A stretch of DNA of 37,685 bases from Polyangiales bacterium (GTDB taxonomy: Bacteria > Myxococcota_A > Polyangia > Polyangiales > Ga0077539). Location: positions 1 through 37,685 of the forward strand of contig JBDHVF010000002.1 of the NCBI GenBank assembly GCA_039809605.1, given 5' to 3'. The position numbers were made by a program, and so were the translations under genes. The notes under the pieces were generated by a model. The model had not been told where the DNA came from, ran no database searches, and saw only the letters and a program-made list of their open reading frames with translations. Position 1 is the stretch's first letter. Every line of letters begins with the position of its first letter. This document shows, in pieces, positions 8,114 through 16,871 of this stretch.

Positions 8114-9055
8114 TCAGAACCTCCCTTCGAGCCCGAGGCTCGCGCCGCCACGCGCAGGCACGAGCACGGCCCGCGCCGCCGGGCGCTCCTCGCCCGAGGG
8201 TCGGTCGACCAGATACCACAGAAGCCCCGTCACGACGGCGGTCGCGCCCACGCCCACGGAGACCATCGCGAGATTGCCCCACGTGCTCGCGTCCGAGGCG
8301 CTCGCGTTGCCCGCCGCGAGCGTATCGGGCGTGCACTGCGCGTTGGGACACTGGCGGTCGAAGTCCGACCGCGCCGTCGCGTAGGGACCGAAGTAGAGCG
8401 CCGCCGACGCCGCGAGCGCCGCGCCCCCGAGGCCGAACACCACCCATGGCCACGCACCCGGCCCCGACGAGCGCGCCGCCGCCAGCGAAGGCGCGCCAGG
8501 CCCCGACGCGCGCAACGAGACGTGGGCCGTCGTCGTGGCGCCCGCCCGTACCACCGCGCTCTGCTGGGCGGGCTCATACCCCGGCGCGGTGACCTCGAAC
8601 TCGACGGCCCCCGTCGCGATGCGGAGGGGCTGCCGGGCGGGAAGGCTCGTGATGCGCCGGCCCGCGACGAGGAGGTCGGCACCGGGCGTCTCGCAGGTCA
8701 CGTCGAGCCACCCCAGATGCGCCTGGAGCTGCTGCAACGCCGCAGCGAGGTCACCGCGATTGCGCTCGATCCATGGGTTGCCCGGCGCCGCGAGGGCGGC
8801 GACCAGGTGCTCCTCGGCCACCTCGAAACGCCCCAGCGCGAACTCCGCGAGGGCCATGCGAGCGAGGGCGCGCGGCTCGCGCGTCCGCTCATAGAGGGCG
8901 CGGAACACGTCGAGCGCCTCGGCGTCGCGGTGCTGCATCCGCAGCGCCTGCCCGCGCTCGTGCTCGGCCTCGACCTCTCGCCCCTGCGCGAAGCCTGACG
9001 GTGCCACGACGGCGATCGCAATCGCGAGGGTCCATGACTGGATGTGGTTCGCCAC
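8114..9055 (-). CDS. Secreted/membrane protein: helical TPR-like N-domain, PEGA-like beta domain, two hydrophobic segments (paralog B)
   Basis: GTG at 9055 is preceded by GAGGAAGGAA. Signal-like VANHIQSWTLAIAIAVVAPSGFAQG. A helical region (ALDVFRALYERTREPRALARMALAEFALGRFEVAEEHL) is followed by VEFEVTAPGYEPAQQSAVVRAGATTTAHVSL. The TM segments WPWVVFGLGGAALAASAALYF and LAMVSVGVGATAVVTGLLWYLV flank a CxxxxC loop. The track ORF 8114..10525 is a 5' shadow extension. Confidence 0.75.
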   Translation of the reverse strand: MANHIQSWTLAIAIAVVAPSGFAQGREVEAEHERGQALRMQHRDAEALDVFRALYERTREPRALARMALAEFALGRFEVAEEHLVAALAAPGNPWIERNRGDLAAALQQLQAHLGWLDVTCETPGADLLVAGRRITSLPARQPLRIATGAVEFEVTAPGYEPAQQSAVVRAGATTTAHVSLRASGPGAPSLAAARSSGPGAWPWVVFGLGGAALAASAALYFGPYATARSDFDRQCPNAQCTPDTLAAGNASASDASTWGNLAMVSVGVGATAVVTGLLWYLVDRPSGEERPAARAVLVPARGGASLGLEGRF

Positions 9056-9066
9056 GTTCCTTCCTC

Positions 9067-10437
9067 TCAGATCACCGGGGCCTGGATGCCGGGCGTGCGC
9101 CTCGGCGGAGAAGACGTCGGGCGTCTCGGTGTGCGTGGTGTCGATCGCATGGGCGCCCGCGCGGGCCGCGTCGTCTGCTCGATCGGCGGAGCCGGTGGCG
9201 GCACGTGCGGCGCGGGAGCCTCGACGGTCTGCACGGCCGACGATGGCGCTCGCAGAGCAGGCTGCTGCGCGGGTGCGGCGGCGGGCGGCGCGGGGGGCAC
9301 GATGCGCGCGGGGACGAGCTGAACGGCGGCGCGGGTCGCGTCGGACGTGGGAGCGATGCGGCGTTCGCGCGTTGCGACGTGCAGCGCGCCGAGGCCCGCC
9401 GCGACGAGCGTGACCCACATCCCCACGAGCGCGACGAGGTCGCGTCGCTCGCGGGGGCGTGAGAGCGGGCGCACCGGCGCGAGCGCGTCGAGGGGATCTG
9501 CGTCGCCCTCGCCCCCATCGGTCGATGGGGAGGCCGAGGCGGCCGCGAACTCGTGGCTCCAGATCGCGCGCGTCGAGGCGGAGGCGAAGGGCAGGAGCGC
9601 GCGCCCCATGTCGGTGAGCGACGCGAAGCGCCCGGCGGGCTCGTAGGCCATCGCACGGAGCACCACGGACTCGAGCGCGGGCGGGATCTCGGGCCAGTGC
9701 TTGCGAGGCGGCTCGAACGAGCCCTGGAGGATGCGCCCGATGATCTCGCCCGTGGAGCCGGCGAAGGGGCGTTGGCGCGTGAGCGCGGCGTAGAGGACGA
9801 CGCCGAGAGCGAACTGGTCGCTCGCGGGCCCGACGTTGCGCGACTCCTTCACCTGCTCGGGAGACATGAAGTGCGGCGTGCCGAGCACCACGTTCGAGCG
9901 GGTGATGTCGCCGCCCGGGTCGGCGCGCTGCACCTTGACCACGCCGAAGTCGAGCACCGTGGGGCGCACCCGCCCGCGGGCGTCGCGCGTGACGAAGATG
10001 TTCGCGGGCTTGAGGTCTCGGTGCACCATGCCCGCCTCGTGGATGGCCGCGACCGCCGAGAGCGTCGGGAGCACCACGTCGACGACCTCCTCGACCGAGA
10101 GAGGTGGCTCGCGCTTGATCGCGTCGGCGAGCGTCTCCCCCTGGAGGAGCTCCATCACGAGGTAGGGCACGCCTCTGTACTCGCCGACGTGGAGCATCTC
10201 GACGATGTGAGGGTGACGGATCTCCGCGGCGGCCTCGGCCTCCTGCCGCAGCCGCGCGAGCGCCTCGCGGTGCTCGGCGAGCTTCGCGTGCAGGATCTTC
10301 AGCGCGACGCGCTTGCCCTGGGGCCGCCAGACGGCCTCGTACACCGCGCCGAAGGTGCCGCTCCCGAGCGGGCGCACGAGTTCGAACGCGTCGATCACGG
10401 TCCCTGGGAGCAGCGTCGGTTCGTCGGGCTCGATCAT
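9067..10437 (-). CDS. Ser/Thr protein kinase (Hanks type, catalytically intact) with a TM segment and Pro/Ala-rich tail
   Basis: GSGTFGAVYEA, VALKIL, HRDLKPANIF, DFGVVK and GTPHFMSPEQ are present, followed by the TM segment LVALVGMWVTLVAAGLGAL. Start ATG at 10437 (MIEPDEPT). The track ORF 9067..11505 is a shadow extension. Confidence 0.9.
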   Translation of the reverse strand: MIEPDEPTLLPGTVIDAFELVRPLGSGTFGAVYEAVWRPQGKRVALKILHAKLAEHREALARLRQEAEAAAEIRHPHIVEMLHVGEYRGVPYLVMELLQGETLADAIKREPPLSVEEVVDVVLPTLSAVAAIHEAGMVHRDLKPANIFVTRDARGRVRPTVLDFGVVKVQRADPGGDITRSNVVLGTPHFMSPEQVKESRNVGPASDQFALGVVLYAALTRQRPFAGSTGEIIGRILQGSFEPPRKHWPEIPPALESVVLRAMAYEPAGRFASLTDMGRALLPFASASTRAIWSHEFAAASASPSTDGGEGDADPLDALAPVRPLSRPRERRDLVALVGMWVTLVAAGLGALHVATRERRIAPTSDATRAAVQLVPARIVPPAPPAAAPAQQPALRAPSSAVQTVEAPAPHVPPPAPPIEQTTRPARAPMRSTPRTPRRPTSSPPRRTPGIQAPVI

Positions 10438-10454
10438 GGGATCCCCCACACACA

Positions 10455-11069
10455 TCAGAACGCGCAATGGCCGAAGAAGCACTGCCGGAACGGCCCCGGC
10501 CTGCACCCGTTGCCGCAGACGCCACAGTTGTCCGGGTCGCTGCTCAGGTCTACGCAGCGTGTGTCGCAGCGCGTCCGGCCGCTCGGACACAGGCACGCCC
10601 CCCTCGCCACGCAACGCGCGCCGGACACGACCGAGCAGCCCCCGTCGGTGATCGGTTGCGCGTTGCACACGACGCCGCCATCGACGCAGGCGAGCGTCCC
10701 CGCGCCGCGGCACCCCGGGTCGCCGTCGGACTGGCACGGCGTGTCGAGGGCGAGACAGCGCCACCCGCAACGCACGCCGCCGTCGCACTGCAGCAGGTCC
10801 ACGCAGCGCCCGCCGACACAGCGCGCGCTCGCGGGGCACGCGGTGTCGCAGGCGCCGCAGTGGTCGCTGTCGACGCGCGTATCGACGCAGGCGGGTCCGC
10901 AGCGCGTCGACGAGGGCGGGCACGCAGGCGCGTCGTCCGTCGTGAGCCGCTCGTCGGCGATGTCGTCGACGCGGGCGGCGTCGCTCGCCGTCGACGCGGG
11001 GGTGCACGCGCCGAAGGCGAGCGCCGCGAGCGTTGCAGCCCGGGGTCGGCGCGAGAACGAGGGCGTCAT
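10455..11069 (-). CDS. Cysteine-rich lipoprotein (CGxCG motifs)
   Basis: Start MTPSFSRRPRAATLAALAFGAC (lipobox). Motifs DSDHCGACDTAC and DPDNCGVCGNGC. The ATG at 11069 overlaps the upstream stop as ATGA. Confidence 0.75.
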   Translation of the reverse strand: MTPSFSRRPRAATLAALAFGACTPASTASDAARVDDIADERLTTDDAPACPPSSTRCGPACVDTRVDSDHCGACDTACPASARCVGGRCVDLLQCDGGVRCGWRCLALDTPCQSDGDPGCRGAGTLACVDGGVVCNAQPITDGGCSVVSGARCVARGACLCPSGRTRCDTRCVDLSSDPDNCGVCGNGCRPGPFRQCFFGHCAF

Positions 11070-11986
11070 GGGCAGCTCCCCGTGCTGCACGTGCCCGTGG
11101 TGCAGCGGGGCATCGTGCCGACAGGACAACACGTCCCTCGGCTTCCCCCGCAGCACGCCCCGTCGACGCAGCGGTCCCCCACGTGGGTGCAGCGCTGCCC
11201 GCAGCCGCCGCAGTGGTCCGCGCTTCGGCTCGTGTCCACGCAGGACAATCCGCAGAGCGTCTGCCCCGGCGCACACGAGGGCGCGTCACACGCGCCGCGG
11301 ACGCAGACCTGACCGACCGGACACGCGCTCCCACACGCACCGCAGTGCATCGGGTCCGCGACGAGGTCCACGCACGCGCCCGCGCAGACCACGAGCGGCG
11401 ACCGGCACATGCACGCCCCCCGCGTACACATCCTCCCCGGGTCGCAGACGTTGCTGCACGCGCCGCAGTTCGCGTCCGTGTCGAGCGACACGCATCCGGA
11501 GCCACACTCCCGCGTCCCCGCGGGGCACTGGCACTCGCCGTTTGCGCAGGGTACGCCGTGGCAGGCGATCCCGCACGCGCCGCAGTTGCGCGCGTCCCTC
11601 AGCCGGTCGACGCACGCGCCTCCGCATACGATCTGGTCGATCGCACACGCACAGTTGCCGCTCACGCACGCGAGGCCTGCGTCGCACACCACGCCGCAGT
11701 TGCCACAGTTGCTCCGGTCGCTCTGCAGCGAGACGCAGACGCCGCGGCAGCGCTCCTGTCCCAAGGGGCAGGGCGCGCCCGCGTCGCTCGCGTCCCCACG
11801 GTCGCCCGTCGCGTCGCGGGGCGCGTCCCTCGGGCCATGGTCCGTCGTCGTATCCGCGGGCCCTGCGTCGCCCCTCGGGCAGCCGCCATCGACCGCTCCG
11901 CAGATCGGCGCACCGAAGCCATCGCAGCCCGAGGCCGCGCCGACGCACAGGGCGACCCGCACGATGGTGGCGCGCGCCACACGCAT
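11066..11986 (-). CDS. Cysteine-rich repeat lipoprotein (CGxCG motifs)
   Basis: Start MRVARATIVRVALCVGAASGC (lipobox). Repeated DRSNCGNCGVVC, DARNCGACGIAC, DANCGACSNVC, DPMHCGACGSAC and SADHCGGCGQRC. The ATG at 11986 shares one base with the upstream stop (TGATG). Confidence 0.75.
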   Translation of the reverse strand: MRVARATIVRVALCVGAASGCDGFGAPICGAVDGGCPRGDAGPADTTTDHGPRDAPRDATGDRGDASDAGAPCPLGQERCRGVCVSLQSDRSNCGNCGVVCDAGLACVSGNCACAIDQIVCGGACVDRLRDARNCGACGIACHGVPCANGECQCPAGTRECGSGCVSLDTDANCGACSNVCDPGRMCTRGACMCRSPLVVCAGACVDLVADPMHCGACGSACPVGQVCVRGACDAPSCAPGQTLCGLSCVDTSRSADHCGGCGQRCTHVGDRCVDGACCGGSRGTCCPVGTMPRCTTGTCSTGSCP

Positions 11987-12957
11987 CAGAGCCACCCCCC
12001 GACGCCAACGGTCGCCCCACCCGGCCGCGGAACGATGAGCAAGGTCGTCGTGCGGGTCGACGCTGACGTCCTCGCGCGATCCACAAAGTACCACGTGAGA
12101 CCGCCGATCACGGCCGCCGCACCCACGCCGAACCCGAGCCACACGGCGGGGCCGAGTGTGCGGAGGTCCGCGTTGGCGTCGCGCGCCTGCTCGAGCGAGG
12201 CCACGGTGGCGCACACGCCGTTCGCGCATGCGTCGAGGCGGCCCTGCGCCGTGCGGTAGGGCCCCAGATATAGCGCCGTCGCGGTGATCGCCGCCGCCGC
12301 GCCCACGCCCGCGAGCAGCCACGGGGCCACGCCGGGCCCTCGCCACGCGTCGTAGGACGGCGGCGGGGTCGCCGACGCGCTCCCCAGCGCGATGTCCACG
12401 ACGACGCTTTCCCTCGCGGGAACGATGATGTCGCGCGCGAAGGTCCCTCCGCCGCTGGTGGCTTCGACGTGTACGGGACCTGCCGGGGTGGGGATCTCGA
12501 CGCCCCAGCCCGACGCAGACACCTCCGTCTGGCCGAGCCACACGCGCAGCCCCGCTGGGGGCGGATCGGGGACGCGCAACACCACCGCGCCGGTGCGCGC
12601 CTCCACCGACTCGACGATGCGGCCGCACCGCTCGACGATGCGCTCGCGGTTGTTGAGGTTGGGCGCCGAGCGCGCCTCCGTGACGCAGAGGCGGCCCGCG
12701 TCGAGCGCCTCGCGGAAATTGCCGAGCGCGAAGTGCTCCTCGGCCACGTACATCCGCACCGACGGGGTCATGCGGATCTCTCCGGCCTGAAGCGCGAGTT
12801 GCAGCGCGTCCGCGTGACGCTGCTCGCGGTGCGCGACCTCGAGCTGATCAAGGAGCTGCTGCCGTCGCACGAGGGCCTCGGGCGTCTGCGCGGAGGCTCC
12901 CGCCGCGACGAGCGTGAGCGCGACCGTGAGCGTGACGTGGGGGTGCCTTCGGCGCAT
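11986..12957 (-). CDS. Secreted/membrane protein: helical N-domain, PEGA-like domain, two hydrophobic segments (paralog A)
   Basis: Same architecture as 8114..9055. Signal MRRRHPHVTLTVALTLVAAGASAQ, a helical region, VHVEATSGGGTFARDIIVPARESVVVDIAL, and TM segments flanking a C....C loop. ATG at 12957 is preferred. The track start at 12996 is also possible. Confidence 0.75.
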   Translation of the reverse strand: MRRRHPHVTLTVALTLVAAGASAQTPEALVRRQQLLDQLEVAHREQRHADALQLALQAGEIRMTPSVRMYVAEEHFALGNFREALDAGRLCVTEARSAPNLNNRERIVERCGRIVESVEARTGAVVLRVPDPPPAGLRVWLGQTEVSASGWGVEIPTPAGPVHVEATSGGGTFARDIIVPARESVVVDIALGSASATPPPSYDAWRGPGVAPWLLAGVGAAAAITATALYLGPYRTAQGRLDACANGVCATVASLEQARDANADLRTLGPAVWLGFGVGAAAVIGGLTWYFVDRARTSASTRTTTLLIVPRPGGATVGVGGWL

Positions 12958-12964
12958 GCGCTCG

Positions 12965-14182
12965 CTACTCAGGGCGGGGTGGGTCGTCGGGGTCAAGGGT
13001 CCTCGCGCGCGGCGGCGTGCGCGAGGTCGTTCGCGTCGGGGCCACGACAGGGGCGGGCGACGCCGACGCGGGGGGAGCGACGGGCGCAGGCGCTCCGGGC
13101 GACGCGTCGGGATCCGTCACGGCGGGAGGTGCGGGAGGTGCCGCGGGCGCGACGACCGCGGCGTCGCGCGGCGTGGTCGTGAGCGCCGGTCGGGCGGGCG
13201 CCCGGGTCGGCACGATGGAGAGCTCGCCCGTCGGAGGCTCACCACCCGAGCGCGCGCCTGGGAACCACGCCACGACGGCCACGCCCAGCGCGAGCAGCAG
13301 CGACCCCGCGGCAACCGCCCACGGGAGCTTCGAACGCGACGCGACCGGTACGGCGGGCGCTCCAGGCTCACGCTGCGGCAGGATCTCGTGCAGGGGCGTG
13401 ACCACGGTCGGCGCGTCGTCGTGCGGCGCGGGCGCCGGCCGGTCGGGCCATGTACCGGGCTCCTCGGCCGCGCCGTCGAGCATGAGCGCGCGGCGAAGTC
13501 CCCCGACGAGGAGCGACGACGCGCGCACGGCATCGCCCGCCGCCGGCTCGAGCGTGGTCCACGCGCCGCCGGGGTCGTACCGGTCGCGCAATCGCCACGG
13601 GGCCTCGAACGCGGCGCCTCGAAGCGCGAGCGCCATCCACGCAACCACGGGTGCGCCGACGAGGTCGTGTTCGACCCTTGCGATCGGTCGCGTCGCGGGG
13701 TGCGGCGTGCGCGTGGGTGAGAGGGACGCGCGACGCTCGACTTCGGCTGCGAGGCTCATGAGCAGGGGGAGCGGATCGTCGGTGCACGACGCGAGTGCTG
13801 CGAGCTCGTGGTCGAGGCGAGGGAACGCGGCCGTTGCGGTGAGGAGGGCGGTCACCACGTCGGGCAGGTCGTCGCCGACGCCGAGCTCGAGCGCGTGGAG
13901 GAACACGAGCCCTCCACGGCCCTTCTCATCGCGCGCCTCGGCGAGGTGCGCGCCCAGCGCGACGACGATCGCGCCCCGGCGATCACGGCACGCGGCGAGC
14001 GAGCGCCGCGACGGAGCGACGCGCGCCGCGTCGTCGAGGCCCTCGATCACCGAGAGTGTCGTCTCGGAGACCCGCGCCGTGACGACCCCCATGGGCTGCT
14101 CCTCGAAACCCATCGCGGGGCCGCCCGCGAAGGTGCTGTACCCGCGGCCCGCGAGGTTGATGACGAAGACGTGCCGGATCAC
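12965..14182 (-). CDS. Hypothetical protein with a C-terminal TM helix and Pro/Ala-rich tail, translationally coupled to the GTPase
   Basis: The GTG at 14182 overlaps the GTPase stop (GTGA). TM segment LPWAVAAGSLLLALGVAVVAWF, then APAAPPAPPAVTDPDASPGAPAPVAPP. I recognise no family. The 5' part of track ORF 12965..14932 is a shadow. Confidence 0.55.
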   Translation of the reverse strand: MIRHVFVINLAGRGYSTFAGGPAMGFEEQPMGVVTARVSETTLSVIEGLDDAARVAPSRRSLAACRDRRGAIVVALGAHLAEARDEKGRGGLVFLHALELGVGDDLPDVVTALLTATAAFPRLDHELAALASCTDDPLPLLMSLAAEVERRASLSPTRTPHPATRPIARVEHDLVGAPVVAWMALALRGAAFEAPWRLRDRYDPGGAWTTLEPAAGDAVRASSLLVGGLRRALMLDGAAEEPGTWPDRPAPAPHDDAPTVVTPLHEILPQREPGAPAVPVASRSKLPWAVAAGSLLLALGVAVVAWFPGARSGGEPPTGELSIVPTRAPARPALTTTPRDAAVVAPAAPPAPPAVTDPDASPGAPAPVAPPASASPAPVVAPTRTTSRTPPRARTLDPDDPPRPE

Positions 14183-15240
14183 GTGCCCTCCACGGACATG
14201 AGGGTGCTCTCGGCCTCGGGTGGCGGCGCGAAGTGCAGGTCGGTGACCTCGCGTGCGGCCTCGGCTCGCAGGTGGCGCGCGGCCTCGCCCGCGTCGAAGG
14301 CATCGACGAGCGCGCGCGCGGCCTCGCCGAGCACCGCCGAGGCGCCGCGCACGGCGTCCGGGCCTCGCGTCGAATCGAGCATCGCGAGCGCCCCGCGGAT
14401 GCGCTCCCGGTTGCAGATCGCCCCGAGTTCGGGGAACGAGGCGAGGAAGAACCGCAGGCAGTGATCGAGGAGCTGCGCGTCGGAGTACGCCGGGCCGCAC
14501 GCCTCGCGCATGCGATCGACCTTGTTGAAGACGAGGATGAGCCGCTCGATGCGAGCCTTGGAGACGAACACCAGGTTGCGCAGCCGCGCGAAGAGCTCGC
14601 CGTTGTAGTAGGCGCGGGTCTCCATCGTGAGCCCTCGGGCCGCCTCGGCCGCGTCGAACATGCACACGACCACGACGCCGAGCTCGCGCCGTGCCGACTC
14701 GCGGAGTCTCTGCGTCTCGTCGGTCACGAGCTTCTCGACGAGCCGCTGGGCCTGTACCTCGCCCGCGACGTCGTGGACGCGCAGCACGAGGTGGGCGTGC
14801 ACGGGCGTGACGAGCTCGGGGTCCGCCGGGTGCGCGCGCGTCGCCACGTCGCGCAGGTCGCAGACGGGCACGTCGGCCTGCGCGTGGCGGAAGGTCGGCG
14901 AGGGCTCCGCGACGGCCCACGGCGCGCGCCACTGTGCCAGCAGCGAGCTCTTGCCGACGCCACGCGGCCCCACGAGGAGCACGGGCTGCCGACAGGTCTC
15001 GACCACGCCCTCCGCGGTGACCGCGGCCTTGAGCGCGTCGTAGCGCTGGCGCACGCCCCTCGCGCGACTCCCCTGCTGCCGTGCGAGCGCGCCGAGCTCG
15101 ATGCAGCGCTGCGTGACGCGGTCGTGATCCTGCTCGACGGCCTCGACGCGTCGGCGGAGCTGCCAGATGCGAAGGTAGAGCGTTGGGATGGCGGCGAGCG
15201 CCCCTACCAGCGCGACGGAGGTGGCGTACAGCGGGTCCAT
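14179..15240 (-). CDS. Membrane-anchored P-loop GTPase (TRAFAC-type motifs)
   Basis: N-terminal hydrophobic helix SVALVGALAAIPTLYL plus a coiled-coil-like stretch. G1 LLVGPRGVGKSSL, G3 VHDVAGE, G4 FNKVD. ATG at 15240. The track start at 15246 is a TTG. Confidence 0.75.
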   Translation of the reverse strand: MDPLYATSVALVGALAAIPTLYLRIWQLRRRVEAVEQDHDRVTQRCIELGALARQQGSRARGVRQRYDALKAAVTAEGVVETCRQPVLLVGPRGVGKSSLLAQWRAPWAVAEPSPTFRHAQADVPVCDLRDVATRAHPADPELVTPVHAHLVLRVHDVAGEVQAQRLVEKLVTDETQRLRESARRELGVVVVCMFDAAEAARGLTMETRAYYNGELFARLRNLVFVSKARIERLILVFNKVDRMREACGPAYSDAQLLDHCLRFFLASFPELGAICNRERIRGALAMLDSTRGPDAVRGASAVLGEAARALVDAFDAGEAARHLRAEAAREVTDLHFAPPPEAESTLMSVEGT

Positions 15241-15391
15241 GCTCAAGGGCGATCCGTGGCCTCGATGTCGCGTGCGCCGCTCCCGAGCCTCACGGCACGC
15301 AACCGATCTGCTATCCCCCTTGCGAGGACCGTGTCAACGGCGGCATCGGGCAGCCCCTTGCGGAGGTTGCGGGCTGGTCGTGACACTACGC

Positions 15392-16864
15392 TCACCTCCT
15401 CCGCAGCGCCTCGTTCTGGTGCGCGAGCAGATCGCCCACGTACTTCCAGACCTCGCCGTTGTCCGGGAGCTTCGCGTGATCGTCGTTCGCGTTGTCGACG
15501 ATGTGCTGCGTTCCCAGGAGGAAGCGTTGAAAACCCTGCCCCTCGGGCCTCATGCCGAGGGCGCTATAGAGAGGCACGGTCCCGTCCCCGGGTCCTCGCT
15601 CCACGCCTCGCTCGAACCTCCACGTGGTGAAGGCGGGCTCGTTCCAGATGTTCCGGGTGACGTCTCGCGTCGCGGCGATCCGCACGGCGTCGAAGGTCGA
15701 GGTGGAGAACACCGTAGCCCTATAGCAGTCGTCGACCCCGCTGGAAGCCCGGTCGGTGCCGGCGCCCGCGATGATGTGGTACGTGACGCCCTGGGGCGGG
15801 GCGTAGTCACCGGCGCACTTCTGGATGATGTCGAGCACATGCTTATTCTGCGGCTCCTCACGCCGAGTGCAGAGATTGTCGACGCGTTGCCTCATCTCGT
15901 CGGCAGGCATCGCAGCGCCCAGGCTCAGGGTGTCGTGAACCGCGGGAGATCCAACGCGGTGGGCAACCGTCGCGGGCATCGGGGCCCCCTCGGGTTGCAG
16001 ATAGCTCGTGTTGCGCTCCACCACGTTCGCATCGATCGCGCGTTTGAGATCCACGACCTCGGGCGGCAGGAGTTGAATCGCCGAGTCCCACTTCAAGCCG
16101 AGAGAGGTCTGCGCCTTCGCCGGGAGGACCCGCGCCATCGGGCCGATCTTCGGGACGAGCGGGTCCTTGTCGATCAGCGAGAGCACCATACCGAGCAGGT
16201 CATACGCGCCTCGATGCGGCGTCCCGATGGTGATCAGCGTGTCGATCTCCGAGGCCGGGATCGCGATGTTCTTGTCCTCGAGCGCGAGGCGGCTGACGAT
16301 CCCGCCCATGCTATGCGCAATCACCGTGAACGGGACGCTTCGAAGCGGCGCCCACAACCTGGGGCGAAGGATCGGTAGCAGGGCCTTGAGAGCTTTCGCA
16401 GCCAGCGCATTCGAGTGGCGCCAGTCGTAGGGCAGCACGAAGCCCGTCGCGCTGTTCTCGGGGACCTGTAGGGGGTTCCATCCGGTCCAGTGCGAGTAGG
16501 GGATCGTCTTGAGGACGTGGCCGAGCCCTGCGAGCTGCGACGGGAGCCTCGTGAACGTGGCAGGCGTGAGCTCATCGAAGACGAGCGTCTCGTCGTTGCG
16601 TAGCACCTCGGCCGTCGGGCTGTGGACAAAGTAGTACAGGCCCACCGCGATGCCGCCGAGGCCGAGCGCGGGCGCGAGGGCCGCCTGATCCAGCGCCTGT
16701 GCGAACGCGGTAAGGTCGATCTTGCTGCATGAGCTCCCCAGGATGCCCGGGATGATGAGCACGGGCTTCACGGGCGGTGCGACGGGGGTGACCTTCGTCG
16801 TCGGAGCGCGCGACGTGTGCACCCCGTCGGTCATCCACGGCCCCGGCGGCATCAGTCCAGACAT
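15392..16864 (-). CDS. Alpha/beta-hydrolase lipase (LCAT / PGAP1-like), putative type VI secretion phospholipase effector
   Basis: PVLIIPGILGSS, nucleophile elbow AHSMGG (GxSxG), GDGTVP and a distal DDH. It lies immediately downstream of PAAR: the ATG at 16864 is 7 nt after the PAAR stop. Confidence 0.8.
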   Translation of the reverse strand: MSGLMPPGPWMTDGVHTSRAPTTKVTPVAPPVKPVLIIPGILGSSCSKIDLTAFAQALDQAALAPALGLGGIAVGLYYFVHSPTAEVLRNDETLVFDELTPATFTRLPSQLAGLGHVLKTIPYSHWTGWNPLQVPENSATGFVLPYDWRHSNALAAKALKALLPILRPRLWAPLRSVPFTVIAHSMGGIVSRLALEDKNIAIPASEIDTLITIGTPHRGAYDLLGMVLSLIDKDPLVPKIGPMARVLPAKAQTSLGLKWDSAIQLLPPEVVDLKRAIDANVVERNTSYLQPEGAPMPATVAHRVGSPAVHDTLSLGAAMPADEMRQRVDNLCTRREEPQNKHVLDIIQKCAGDYAPPQGVTYHIIAGAGTDRASSGVDDCYRATVFSTSTFDAVRIAATRDVTRNIWNEPAFTTWRFERGVERGPGDGTVPLYSALGMRPEGQGFQRFLLGTQHIVDNANDDHAKLPDNGEVWKYVGDLLAHQNEALRRR

Positions 16865-16871
16865 CGCCCGC

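Noticed and set aside
9056-10525. 5' extensions of track ORFs (8114..10525, 9067..11505, 11066..12628, 12965..14932, 29103..30962, 34075..37599)
   Set aside because: The extended N-terminal parts are Arg-rich nonsense that overlaps the upstream gene. Internal ATG/GTG starts with an RBS and signal or lipobox sequences give compact, non-overlapping genes.
9553-12066. An 837-aa plus-strand ORF, together with 6512..7939, 7257..8384, 8036..8998 and 11033..12259, overlapping the minus-strand operon
   Set aside because: The translations are Arg/Ala/Pro/Gly-rich low complexity with no motifs. They lie antisense to ORFs that carry clear kinase, lipobox and CGxCG signatures. Stop-codon depletion in DNA above 70% GC produces such shadow ORFs.
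12965-14182. The idea that the GTPase partner has a Roadblock/LC7 (MglB-like) N-terminal domain
   Set aside because: I could not align the secondary-structure order or any conserved motif by eye. It is kept only as a hypothesis to test with HHpred.
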